Shown one piece after another: positions 19,143-28,460 of a DNA stretch of 64,000 nucleotides. The stretch lies in IMG/VR virus record IMGVR_UViG_3300035669_000001, positions 13,901 to 77,900 of that record; one strand, written 5' to 3'. Below the pieces are notes generated by a model that was given only the letters and a program-made list of their open reading frames with translations, was not told where the DNA came from and did no database searches. The position numbers and the translations under genes were made by a program. Position 1 is the stretch's first letter. The number at the start of each line of letters is the position of its first letter. The stretch comes from a virus.

Positions 19143-21221
19143 ATGACCCAGCCCAAGGTCGTGATCCACGGGAAGTTCGAGGACGGAGACCTCCCCGCCC
19201 AGGGGACGCTGACGTTCTCCGACTTCGCCTTCTCCACCGACACGGTGGAGAACGTCATCCACGTCCCCCACACGGAGAAGGCCTACCTCGACCAGAACGG
19301 TGAGTTCTGGGTGGAGCTGCCCCTGAACGTGGGCATCAACTCCACCCCCACGCCCCGCCGGTACTCCGTGGACATCGCCGTCTCGGGGTTCGCCGACTCC
19401 TGGGAGTTCGTGCTCGACCCGACTTCCCTGCAGGTCGAGCTCTCCTCCCTGATGCCGGTCAACGCCCCGCCGGTGATCCCCTACCAGTACGTCTCCTCGC
19501 TGATGGGCATGACGGGCCCGATCACCTACTCCGACTTCATTGAGCGCGTCCCACAGCTGGCCCCGGACGCCGGCAAGAGCGCCTACGAGCTCTGGGTGGA
19601 CCAGGGCAACACCGGGTCGTTCTCCGACTTCCTGGACGACATCTCAGGCCCTCCTGGGATCATGGGGCCGCGCGGTGCCCAGGGAGACATAGGCACCGAG
19701 GGCCCACGGGGGCTGAGAGGCCCGGCTGGACCCCAGGGCAGGCCCTTCCACCTCGACGCCATCGTGATGACCGAGTCGGCTCTCAGTGGCGGTGGAGGGG
19801 TGCTCACCGACGACGAGCAGACCGTCCTGATGCCCAAGTGGAGCATCGTCGCCGTCTTGGAGAACCAGTCCTTCTACCACTTCGACGGGGTCGAGTGGCG
19901 CAACCTCGGCTCCTACAAGGGCGCGCAGGGGGAGCCGGGCAACACCCCGACCGCGGCCGACCTCGGGCTCGGGACCTTCGTGGGCCTCACCCCGGCCACG
20001 ATGCCCATCCCCGGCTCGGTGCAGATCGCCCTGAACACCCTGGCGGCCAACGTGGGCCAGGTGCAGAGTGTCAACGGCCAGGTCGGTGAGGTGGAGATCG
20101 GCGCGGACGACGTGGGTCTCGGCAACGTCGCCAACCTGGCTCCCTCCCAGATGCCCGTCTCGGCCGACACCCAGGCGGCCCTGAACGCCCTGAGCGTCCT
20201 GCTGGGGGGCAAGGAGCCCCTGCTGCCCTCGGGCGGCACGGTGACCACCTTCCTGCGCGGGGACAAGTCCTGGCGCACCCTGATCCCCGCTGACGTGGGT
20301 CTGGGGCAGGTGCGGAACTTCGCCTCGATGAACGTGCTGGGCTCGGTGAGCCTGGACGCCGTGACCTCCACCGGCACCTACCACCAGCCCTTTGACACGG
20401 TCGCCTCCACCGACCTGGGCTACCCGGTGAACAGGGCGGGCTTCCTGGTGGTGGTGGCCAACAACGACGGCACCAAGATGGTCGCCCAGAGCTACACCAC
20501 CTACGGCTACGCGGGGTCGGAGTCCCGGGTCTATCTGCGCGCGATCTACGCCACCAACTCCTGGGGCCCCTGGCGGCAGGTCTACACCTCATCGGGTGCT
20601 GACCCCTTCACGGCGCAGTCCTACCGGGGCACCTCGGGTGGAGGGGTGTCAGCCTCCGGTGTGGTGCATGCGCGGTCCTTCGTGGCCAGTGCGGGCATCT
20701 CGGCTTTTGACCTGGACTCCGCAGCAGGGGTGACGGTGTCCTACCCGCTGGCCCCGGTGGTCGGCACCCTGCCGGACGCCTTCCCACAGGGGTACTCGGT
20801 CTGGCGCCTGCAGGCCGGTGCAGCCGGCAGCCCCACCGGCTACCCGGTTCTCTCGGGCACACTGGAGAGCTACCGCAACACCTTCTACCCCAGGCAGCGC
20901 CTCACAGCAGTCGACGGCACGGTCTACACCAGGACCTTCTCGGGAACCTGGTCGCCCTGGAAGGTCAGCGACAACCTCCAGTTCCTGGCCGGTCAGGTGG
21001 CCATCCTGCCCTCTGCCATCGACGTCCCCACCTCGGTGGTGGTCAACCTTCCGGCTGGGAGGTTCAGCGTCCCGCCTGTTACCGTCGTCTCGGCCAACTC
21101 CTCGGTGCCCGACCGGATCCACGTCAGCACCCAGCTCGCCACGGTGGACTCCTTCACCGTCACCATGACCCGGTCGTCCGTGGCCAACACCTTCATCAAC
21201 TGGCTGGCCGTAGGAGTCTGA
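19143..21221 (+). CDS. Fibre / receptor-binding protein (short collagen, pyocin-knob-like domains, C-terminal H-lectin/gp53-like domain)
   Basis: Gly-X-Y stretch, VQSVNGQVG and DVGLGNV repeats, YxR...WGPW knob motifs twice, and ends INWLAVG. Confidence 0.75.
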   Translation: MTQPKVVIHGKFEDGDLPAQGTLTFSDFAFSTDTVENVIHVPHTEKAYLDQNGEFWVELPLNVGINSTPTPRRYSVDIAVSGFADSWEFVLDPTSLQVELSSLMPVNAPPVIPYQYVSSLMGMTGPITYSDFIERVPQLAPDAGKSAYELWVDQGNTGSFSDFLDDISGPPGIMGPRGAQGDIGTEGPRGLRGPAGPQGRPFHLDAIVMTESALSGGGGVLTDDEQTVLMPKWSIVAVLENQSFYHFDGVEWRNLGSYKGAQGEPGNTPTAADLGLGTFVGLTPATMPIPGSVQIALNTLAANVGQVQSVNGQVGEVEIGADDVGLGNVANLAPSQMPVSADTQAALNALSVLLGGKEPLLPSGGTVTTFLRGDKSWRTLIPADVGLGQVRNFASMNVLGSVSLDAVTSTGTYHQPFDTVASTDLGYPVNRAGFLVVVANNDGTKMVAQSYTTYGYAGSESRVYLRAIYATNSWGPWRQVYTSSGADPFTAQSYRGTSGGGVSASGVVHARSFVASAGISAFDLDSAAGVTVSYPLAPVVGTLPDAFPQGYSVWRLQAGAAGSPTGYPVLSGTLESYRNTFYPRQRLTAVDGTVYTRTFSGTWSPWKVSDNLQFLAGQVAILPSAIDVPTSVVVNLPAGRFSVPPVTVVSANSSVPDRIHVSTQLATVDSFTVTMTRSSVANTFINWLAVGV

Positions 21222-21222
21222 C

Positions 21223-21765
21223 ATGGGTCGTCTGGTCGAGAGACTGAGATGGCTTGCATCCAAGCCACTGCTGTTCGGGCACTGGATTGTGGAGAAGATC
21301 GACGACTCCAGGATCAAGGCGTGTCCGGTCACCCGGGCCCTGATCCGGCTCATCTCCTCGGCGACCTTCGTCTACGCGATGGCGATCATGGTCGGTGGTG
21401 AGAAGCGCTGGTCCCAGGTCACCTACTCGGTCCTCAACCAGTTTCCTGGTTCTCCGTACAGCTGGGCCTCGATCCTGATGACCACGACGGTGATGGTGAT
21501 GGCCGGGTCGCTGCTGGCCTCGCACGACCACTCCTGGGGCCAGTGGCTGAAAGACGCCGGGTTCTTCCTCGGGTGCCTGTGGTGGATCACCTTCGGGCTC
21601 TGCGTGGCCAGCGCGGTCACCCCCACCAACTCGGTGCCCTTCTCCACTGCGGTATTCCCGTTGCTGCCTATCGTCGTCTACGTCTGTCTGGGCATGGTCG
21701 ACGAGCGCAACTCCTTCGACGACGAGGAGATCTTCGCCAGGCCCTACCACTCACACCCCGCGTAG
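21223..21765 (+). CDS. Four-TM membrane protein (holin-like)
   Basis: Four hydrophobic segments. Confidence 0.6.
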   Translation: MGRLVERLRWLASKPLLFGHWIVEKIDDSRIKACPVTRALIRLISSATFVYAMAIMVGGEKRWSQVTYSVLNQFPGSPYSWASILMTTTVMVMAGSLLASHDHSWGQWLKDAGFFLGCLWWITFGLCVASAVTPTNSVPFSTAVFPLLPIVVYVCLGMVDERNSFDDEEIFARPYHSHPA

Positions 21766-21773
21766 GAGCCGCC

Positions 21774-22235
21774 ATGATCCAGAAACACTCCATCCCCTCG
21801 CCCAACCCTGTCGCGTTCGGGATGAGCGTTCTGCTGATGGTGGCGTTGGTACAGATAGCCAGGGGCCAGGGTGACGTGCCGGTCTCTCTCCAGGAGATGC
21901 CTACCACCGGGATCGTCGCGCTCTACGGGATGGCACTGGGCTGCCTGATGGTCATCGGGGGCAGCGCGTTCCAGGTCCCGTCGCGCTTCCTCTCGCTCCG
22001 CACCAGGATCAACGGCTTCTGGGTGGAGTTCTTCGGCAGTGTGCTGGTCGGCTTCGGTACGGTGGCCTACTGGCTGGCGATCTACCTGGTCAACCCGGTG
22101 CAGGGCACCCTTGCGGGGTTCTCCAGCGCCTGTCTCACACTCATGTTCTGTGGTCGGGGGATCCAGATCATCCGTCTCGTCCTCCGAGTGGGGAGGGAGG
22201 CGGATGCTCTCCGGGCGAAGGAGTCCCTCGAGTGA
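21774..22235 (+). CDS. Four-TM membrane protein (holin-like)
   Basis: AGGAG RBS before ATG 21774 and four hydrophobic segments. Confidence 0.6.
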   Translation: MIQKHSIPSPNPVAFGMSVLLMVALVQIARGQGDVPVSLQEMPTTGIVALYGMALGCLMVIGGSAFQVPSRFLSLRTRINGFWVEFFGSVLVGFGTVAYWLAIYLVNPVQGTLAGFSSACLTLMFCGRGIQIIRLVLRVGREADALRAKESLE

Positions 22236-22639
22236 ACACGCAGCTGGTCTACAACGTGATCCTGGCGGTCGTCGGGACCACGTGGTTCGGCAGTGCCTTG
22301 ATGTTCTTCCTGACCCGGAGGCGCTTCCGCGCCGACGTCCGGAAGGTGGAGGCCACCATCACCACCGACGAGGCCAACACCGCACGGATCATCACCGAGA
22401 CCTCCTCCGGGCTGCTCAAGGACGTCAACGCCCAGTTGGCGGCCCAGGCCAACCGGATCGCCAGCCTGGAGCAGTCCCGGGTCGCCACCATCGCCTTCAT
22501 GCGCCGGCAGGGGATGGCCCTGCGGCAGATGCGGGACATCGTTCTCGTGCTCAACAAGGAGCTCGAGAAGGTCGACGGGAAGTCCCATCCGGTGCCCGAC
22601 ATCGACGAGATCCTCAACACCGACATCACTAGCCTGTGA
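22232..22639 (+). CDS. Single-TM coiled-coil protein (typical lysis-cassette accessory)
   Basis: N-terminal TM segment followed by a heptad coiled coil. Confidence 0.55.
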   Translation: MNTQLVYNVILAVVGTTWFGSALMFFLTRRRFRADVRKVEATITTDEANTARIITETSSGLLKDVNAQLAAQANRIASLEQSRVATIAFMRRQGMALRQMRDIVLVLNKELEKVDGKSHPVPDIDEILNTDITSL

Positions 22640-22654
22640 TGGGAGAATCCTGGT

Positions 22655-25438
22655 ATGGCGTTCAACGAACACTGCGCTCAGCGCGTCTACGACATCGTCT
22701 CCAAGATGGACGACGACGAGGCCCAGATGTTCGGCCTCCTGGTGGCCCACGACGTGTGGTCGCGTGACGTCCGGGCCAACGAGCGGTACCTCCGCCGGCT
22801 GAAGGACTCCTACGATGCCGAGGTCACGGACACGGTTGCCAAGGCCCTCCTCGAGCACCTGGACGAGGGCGGCGACCCTGAGGCTGCTGTGGCGGTCGCA
22901 GCGGCTGTGGCAGTCGCGAAGGACGACGACGACTGGTGGAAGTTCCAGGAGCGCGACAAGCAGGGTCGCTTCGGCCGGATGACCGGTGCCCAGTACCGGG
23001 CCAACCTGAAGGCGATCAAGGCCAGTGCCAAGCTGACCCAGGCTGAGCGCAAGGCGCAGCTGAAGGACGCCAGGTCCGGACGGGCCAACTACCTCAGCGG
23101 CTCGGGGCTCTACGTCGACGTCAAGGGAGGCGGTCAGGGAGTCGTCCGAGGTACCCAGAGGTTCGAGCAGGACTGGAACCGCCCACCGGACGAGGAGTCC
23201 AACGCCACCACCACCTTCAACCGGCTGAAGACCGGCGGCCAGACGGTGCAGGCCATCGGCGCCGCCACGGGCAGCCAGAAGCTAGCCATCGCGGGTGCGG
23301 TGGGCAACTACGCCGGTCAGTTCGGCCCGGAGGCCGAGAAGGTCGTCGGGCCCTCCATCCGGCGGACCGCCTACCGCTACCGGGGGACAGAGCGTCGTCC
23401 CGACGCTGCCTACGTGCAGATCGCCCAGGCCAACCTCAACGAGGTCAAGCGTGAGGGGCAGCCGGTCACTGCGGAGCAGAAAGCCTTCGCGGCCGAGACC
23501 GCGGCGATCCGGTACTTCCTCGGTGACGACCCGACGGCTGGCAAGCGGGGCGGTGGCTCACGCATCCCCAGTGCGAAGCTCTCCGGGCTGCACCGCGCCT
23601 CGGGCCGGATCACCCCCTCCGAGGGCATCATGATCGACGCCAACGGCAACATCGCCCACCAGGCGGTCGGCTACGGCGAGGACCACTACCTGCCCTTCAA
23701 CCTCAAGAACCTCTCCGCGCTCAAGGGCGGCTCCTACATCCGGACGCGCGAGAGCGGCGGTCTGACCACCGAGGACATCTACACCGGTCTGGTGGCCGGT
23801 GCGCGCTCGATGACGGTGGTGAGCAACTCCGGGGTCTTCACAGTGGACTACGCCGACGACCTGCGCGGAGGCAGGCGCTACAACGACAAGGCCCGGCAGA
23901 TGGTCAGCCGCTACGGCCAGACCCTGGACGCGATCCAGTCCGAGAAGGTGGCCAACCCGGAGCGCGGCCTGTCCTCGCGGGAGAGGGCGAAGATCCAGGT
24001 CGAGACCGAGCAGAAGATCAACGAGGACCCGATCCTGCGGTCCTTCCCCGACGACCAGAAGAAGTCCTGGGTCAAGGAGGCGATCCAGCGCGCCGAGTCC
24101 ACCACCCAGCTGTCCGAGGACGAGATCGCCGAGATCGACCGGAAGTCCAAGGAGCAGGGCAAGACCAAGTCCGACCAGGACATCTTGTTCCGTCAGCTGT
24201 ACGACGAGAAGATCGACGCGGTCAGCCGCCGGCACTACCGGTTGGACGGTGAGGGTTACGCCACCTCGATGGAGGCGCTGCGCGAGCAGTTCCCCTACTA
24301 CATCTCCAACATCAGCTACCGCACGGTCAAGAGCAACGACTCGCTGGCTCCCGACAGGTTCAACCGGGCCACCGACAAGGGCTACGTCAAGCCGCGGTTC
24401 AACCGGCCCGAGGGAGCCCAGTCGGGCTACTACGACGACACCATCACCGGCAGGGGCAAGACCAGCGCCGACCGGACGGACTACCAGAACTGGCGGGTCC
24501 GGGCCAAGCGCGGGGGAGATGTTGCGGCTGTTGCGGATGTTGCGGCAACCACGGGTGCCCCCAACAGCATGAAGGCCACCCAGGACAAGTTCGCGGCCGA
24601 GGCCAAGGAGAAGGCCGGCGACCCGTTGATGAACAACGCCATCATCTCCGACGCCGACTCCCTCAAGGCCACCCACGAGGCCTCCCGCGAGGCCAAGGCC
24701 GGTGGCATCGGGATGCAGTACGAGGGTGTGCACGAGTGGTTCAACGCCGACGACTCCGAGCGGCACGCCATCATGGCCGACCCGGCCCGCAGGGCGAAGC
24801 TCAAGGCCGACATCACCAAGGTGAAGCGGGACTACGCCAAGGAGTTCGGTTCCTCCGCGCCGCAGAACATCGAGTTTGCCGAGAAGAAGGCGAAGACCGC
24901 CATGATGAGCGACGAGGTCCTCGCGGCCGAGAAGGCCCCGGACACCCCGCTGCGGATCACCGACGAGCAGTTCGAGCAGGCGGCTCAGACCGACCACATC
25001 CGCAACCTCACCCAGCAGGAGGACCACGACCTGCAGGCGATCAGCCAGGACCTGCGTACCCAGCGCGCCCTCACGGCGAAGGCGGGCAACGACAAGGAGA
25101 CCACGTCGCTCACCCAGCAGATCACCGCGCTGGAGTACGCCCGCGCCCTCAAGGCCCGCACCACCGAGGTGCCGACCGACGTCTACGCCGAGATCGCCCA
25201 GCGCACCAGCCCGACCAAGGGCACGCTCACCCCGGTGCCGAAGGTCTCGTCGAGGGCCACGCTCACGTCCACCCAGGCCACTGAGCAGGTCCGCCGGCTG
25301 CACAACCAGCACCGGCTCGGGCTGATCGACGCCAACGAGTTCGAGCGGAGCGTCAGAGAGGTCATCGAGGACTCCGACATGGACGATAACGAGAAGCAGG
25401 TTGAGTACCGCCGTGCTACCGGGAACATCATGCGGTGA
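22655..25438 (+). CDS. 927-aa putative internal head protein with a degenerate JAB/MPN-like domain
   Basis: N-terminal VxK sites, RDKQGRF, and EGIMIDANG...LKGGSYIRTRESGGLTTEDI. Confidence 0.55.
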   Translation: MAFNEHCAQRVYDIVSKMDDDEAQMFGLLVAHDVWSRDVRANERYLRRLKDSYDAEVTDTVAKALLEHLDEGGDPEAAVAVAAAVAVAKDDDDWWKFQERDKQGRFGRMTGAQYRANLKAIKASAKLTQAERKAQLKDARSGRANYLSGSGLYVDVKGGGQGVVRGTQRFEQDWNRPPDEESNATTTFNRLKTGGQTVQAIGAATGSQKLAIAGAVGNYAGQFGPEAEKVVGPSIRRTAYRYRGTERRPDAAYVQIAQANLNEVKREGQPVTAEQKAFAAETAAIRYFLGDDPTAGKRGGGSRIPSAKLSGLHRASGRITPSEGIMIDANGNIAHQAVGYGEDHYLPFNLKNLSALKGGSYIRTRESGGLTTEDIYTGLVAGARSMTVVSNSGVFTVDYADDLRGGRRYNDKARQMVSRYGQTLDAIQSEKVANPERGLSSRERAKIQVETEQKINEDPILRSFPDDQKKSWVKEAIQRAESTTQLSEDEIAEIDRKSKEQGKTKSDQDILFRQLYDEKIDAVSRRHYRLDGEGYATSMEALREQFPYYISNISYRTVKSNDSLAPDRFNRATDKGYVKPRFNRPEGAQSGYYDDTITGRGKTSADRTDYQNWRVRAKRGGDVAAVADVAATTGAPNSMKATQDKFAAEAKEKAGDPLMNNAIISDADSLKATHEASREAKAGGIGMQYEGVHEWFNADDSERHAIMADPARRAKLKADITKVKRDYAKEFGSSAPQNIEFAEKKAKTAMMSDEVLAAEKAPDTPLRITDEQFEQAAQTDHIRNLTQQEDHDLQAISQDLRTQRALTAKAGNDKETTSLTQQITALEYARALKARTTEVPTDVYAEIAQRTSPTKGTLTPVPKVSSRATLTSTQATEQVRRLHNQHRLGLIDANEFERSVREVIEDSDMDDNEKQVEYRRATGNIMR

Positions 25439-27606
25439 GCGTCCCCGCCTTTGACCAGGAGCCACTGACGCCCCAGGAGGCCTACCAGGTCGACTACGTC
25501 ATCCGAGGGGCACAGGGGGGCTCCACGCTGGCTGTGGCGGCCGCACTGGGCGGGGCCTTCCTGGTGTACCGGGCGTACATGCGGAGACGCCTGCGGGAGC
25601 GCATGGGCTCGCTGGAGGGCACCACGCCCGAGGAGGTGATGCGCGAGACCAACCAGGTGTTCTCCACCTTCATGCCCACCTGGACGGCGATGGCCGCACC
25701 TGCTCTCTTGCAGGGCTACCTGTCCGGGGTGGCCGAGACGGAGTTCGGGCTGGACGAGGCGTTCCTGTCCGAGCTGGCCGATAACTACGCCTACTCCCTC
25801 GGGATGCACATCAACCAGGTCTCCGGCGACGCTCTCGTGCGCGGGTACGCGGCCCAGGTGAACCGGAAGGTCCCGGCCAAGGTCGCCCTGGGCAACGTGA
25901 TCGACGCGGTCGGGGTGACCAACTCCCACATGCGGACTCTGAACGTGATGCTCTCGGGCAAGGAGGACGCCAAGCTCAGCGAGACCCTGATCCCCTCGGT
26001 CAAGAAGGCCAGGGCACAGCGCCAGGTGATGGCCGCCCTCAACCAGCGCGCCGAGGTGATCGGCGACTCGGAGTCCTGGAACGCCAAGCAGCAGGGCAAG
26101 CAGATCGCCTGGTTGTACGCCCAGCGTCAGGGGTTCATCCCCTCCACCGCTACCCGGGAGTGGATCACCGCCGACGACGAGCGGGTCTGCCCGTCCTGCG
26201 GCCCGCTGCACAAGGTGGAGCTGCCGGTCGCCGAGCAGTTCGACATCCCGAACGTCGGCAAGTTCTGGTCCCCGCCCGTGCACCCGAGGTGCCGCTGCGA
26301 CGTGCGTCTCAAGGTCGGCCTGGGGCAGATCATCGCCAACAACGTGGTCTTCGGGCAGTTCGGCCGGCAGTGGCTCAAGCCCGACGACGTCGAGGAGGTC
26401 GGAAAGTCCGACAACCCCCACGACAACGACTGGGACACCCAGCCGAGACAGAAGACCGGCAGGTTCGGCGCGCGTCCTGAGGTTCGTTTCAAGGAGGCTG
26501 ACGTCGACCTCGATGCGGCCATCGCCCAGGCCACCCAGGCGGCGCAGATCGAGGACGCGGTACCCAAGGGTCCGATCCTCGGGCGAACGGTGCTGGGAAA
26601 GCCAGGGGTGATAGGCGAGACGACACTGGGCAAGCCTCCGGTGCTCGGCCAGGTCGTCCTCGGCAAGCCTCCTGTCCTCGGCGGGTCCAAGCTCGAGTCG
26701 CAGGGTCTGCAGGCCCAGCGGATGAAGTCTCACGCCCTGCAGGGCCGCAAGCTGGACAAGAGCAAGCTGGACCATGCCAGGCGGATGGCCCGGGCCGAGA
26801 TGGACGGCCGGATCATGGCACTGCCCGGGGACATCTCGGGCACGGTGGTGGACGACGAGGTCAAGGCACCCGAACCCGACTACTCCGACCTGGTGCCCAC
26901 TCCGGAACCCATGTTCGCCGTTGCCGATCCGCGTTGGGTTATTCGTGGACCAAACACCGACTCGCGTTCAATCAACGCTTCCAACGGTATGTACCGGCTG
27001 GACGGAGCCGAGGTGATAGGCGGGGTGGACAAGCTCCAGGCCAAGATCGAGGAGCTCGAGGCCGAAGCTGACGACGAGTACCTGGAGTACCTCTTTGACA
27101 GTAATGAGGCGAGCTACTTCGACAACGAAACCGGTTGGGAGAGTCCCGTCCCCGAGCACGTCTACGCCGCAGCTATGGAGTGGGTTCGGGCCCAGGAACA
27201 GACAAACATGGCGGTGGCGGACTTCACGGTCGAGCTTGATGCGTACGGGCCGCTGTGGACCAAGGACGGCACGCCGGTGGAGGGAGGGTACAACCATCCT
27301 GACTACGAGGCCCTCTACGAGAACGGGGATATTGAGTTTGACCTGGTTGACAGCCAGTACGTGCAGATCTCTGACATCGCGGACAAACTGAGTCTTTGGG
27401 AGCACGTCAGCGATACTCAGCCCCGGATCATCCAGCTGGACAAGGTCAGGGGCAACGACGTCGACTACGACCCTGACGGTGCTCCTTATGCCCAGGTGAG
27501 CGATAGCTACAAGATGGACGGGATGTCCACGGTCACCATCAACGGGAGGCACTATGTGACCGCCCGACTCGAACCGGCCTGGCTGGACGAAGGCGGGAGA
27601 ATGTAG
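25435..27606 (+). CDS. MuF-like (SPP1 gp7 family) minor head protein with long C-terminal extension
   Basis: REWITADDERVCPSCGPLH...PPVHPRCRC. Confidence 0.85.
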   Translation: MSVPAFDQEPLTPQEAYQVDYVIRGAQGGSTLAVAAALGGAFLVYRAYMRRRLRERMGSLEGTTPEEVMRETNQVFSTFMPTWTAMAAPALLQGYLSGVAETEFGLDEAFLSELADNYAYSLGMHINQVSGDALVRGYAAQVNRKVPAKVALGNVIDAVGVTNSHMRTLNVMLSGKEDAKLSETLIPSVKKARAQRQVMAALNQRAEVIGDSESWNAKQQGKQIAWLYAQRQGFIPSTATREWITADDERVCPSCGPLHKVELPVAEQFDIPNVGKFWSPPVHPRCRCDVRLKVGLGQIIANNVVFGQFGRQWLKPDDVEEVGKSDNPHDNDWDTQPRQKTGRFGARPEVRFKEADVDLDAAIAQATQAAQIEDAVPKGPILGRTVLGKPGVIGETTLGKPPVLGQVVLGKPPVLGGSKLESQGLQAQRMKSHALQGRKLDKSKLDHARRMARAEMDGRIMALPGDISGTVVDDEVKAPEPDYSDLVPTPEPMFAVADPRWVIRGPNTDSRSINASNGMYRLDGAEVIGGVDKLQAKIEELEAEADDEYLEYLFDSNEASYFDNETGWESPVPEHVYAAAMEWVRAQEQTNMAVADFTVELDAYGPLWTKDGTPVEGGYNHPDYEALYENGDIEFDLVDSQYVQISDIADKLSLWEHVSDTQPRIIQLDKVRGNDVDYDPDGAPYAQVSDSYKMDGMSTVTINGRHYVTARLEPAWLDEGGRM

Positions 27607-27608
27607 CC

Positions 27609-28460
27609 ATGGACGTACTGGAGGCTCTGCGCGCGCACGGTGAGGCTGGGGCGGCTGTCGTGGACCTGCTCTACGGCGAGGGTGCGGAGGAGGTTGTCAA
27701 GGCTCTCAGTGAGGACCGCAAGCGGAAGATCGCCACCGCCTCCAACGTGGTCGGGATCGGCGCTGGGCTGGCTGCCATCCCCGGTGCCACCCGCGACTTC
27801 CGGAACGCCGCGAAGACTGCCAGGGGTGCCAGTGACAAACCGGTCGGCGTCCTGAAGCCGGTGGGCAAGATCCGGGGCAACATCCGCGGTGGTCTCAAGG
27901 CCACCAAGAACTTCCTGGGCAAGCCGAAGACCGCGCTGGCACTGGCCGGCGGCGGTCTGGCCCTGCAGGCGGGGAACGTCGGCGGGGACTTCGTGACCAA
28001 CCAGGTCCTCCGCGCCGACCAGAAGAAGTCGGGCGTCTCCAAGGGGCTGACCGACATCGAGTGGACCGGCGAGTTCTCCAAGATGGACACCGACAAGCGC
28101 CAGGTGTTCGGGTGGGCCTCGGTCACCGCGGTCGACGGCGTCCCGGTGACCGACCTCCAGGAGGACGAGATCGACCTCGAGGAGATCGAGAAGGCCGCCT
28201 ACTCCTACGTGGCCAAGTCCCGGGTCGGCGGCAACATGCACAAGAAGACCATCGACGGCTCCCCGGTGCACGTCTCCGACATGATCGAGTCCTTCGTGGT
28301 CACCCCGGAGAAGAAGCAGACGCTGCACCTGGGCAACGACACCCCGGAAGGGTGGTGGGTCGGCTTCCAGGTCAACGACGACGAGACCTGGGACGCGGCC
28401 AAGAACGGCGAGCTGGTGGGCTTCTCGATCCACGGAACGGGAAAGAGGCGTGACGGCTGA
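27609..28460 (+). CDS. XkdF-like prohead (capsid maturation) serine protease with N-terminal extension
   Basis: QVFGWASV..DLQED..EEIEKAAY..NMH..IESF..GWWVG..W...KNGELVGFSIHG. Confidence 0.85.
   Translation: MDVLEALRAHGEAGAAVVDLLYGEGAEEVVKALSEDRKRKIATASNVVGIGAGLAAIPGATRDFRNAAKTARGASDKPVGVLKPVGKIRGNIRGGLKATKNFLGKPKTALALAGGGLALQAGNVGGDFVTNQVLRADQKKSGVSKGLTDIEWTGEFSKMDTDKRQVFGWASVTAVDGVPVTDLQEDEIDLEEIEKAAYSYVAKSRVGGNMHKKTIDGSPVHVSDMIESFVVTPEKKQTLHLGNDTPEGWWVGFQVNDDETWDAAKNGELVGFSIHGTGKRRDG

Noticed and set aside
3149-22657. Possible leaderless late promoters (CATACT, GAGGAT, GAGAAT each 6 nt before the starts at 3161, 14053 and 22655)
   Set aside because: Each is equally explained by an ordinary Shine-Dalgarno sequence; no shared -35 seen.
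24518-24548. Short GATGTTGCGG repeat
   Set aside because: Encodes a low-complexity linker (DVAAVADVAA); no evidence of a separate function.
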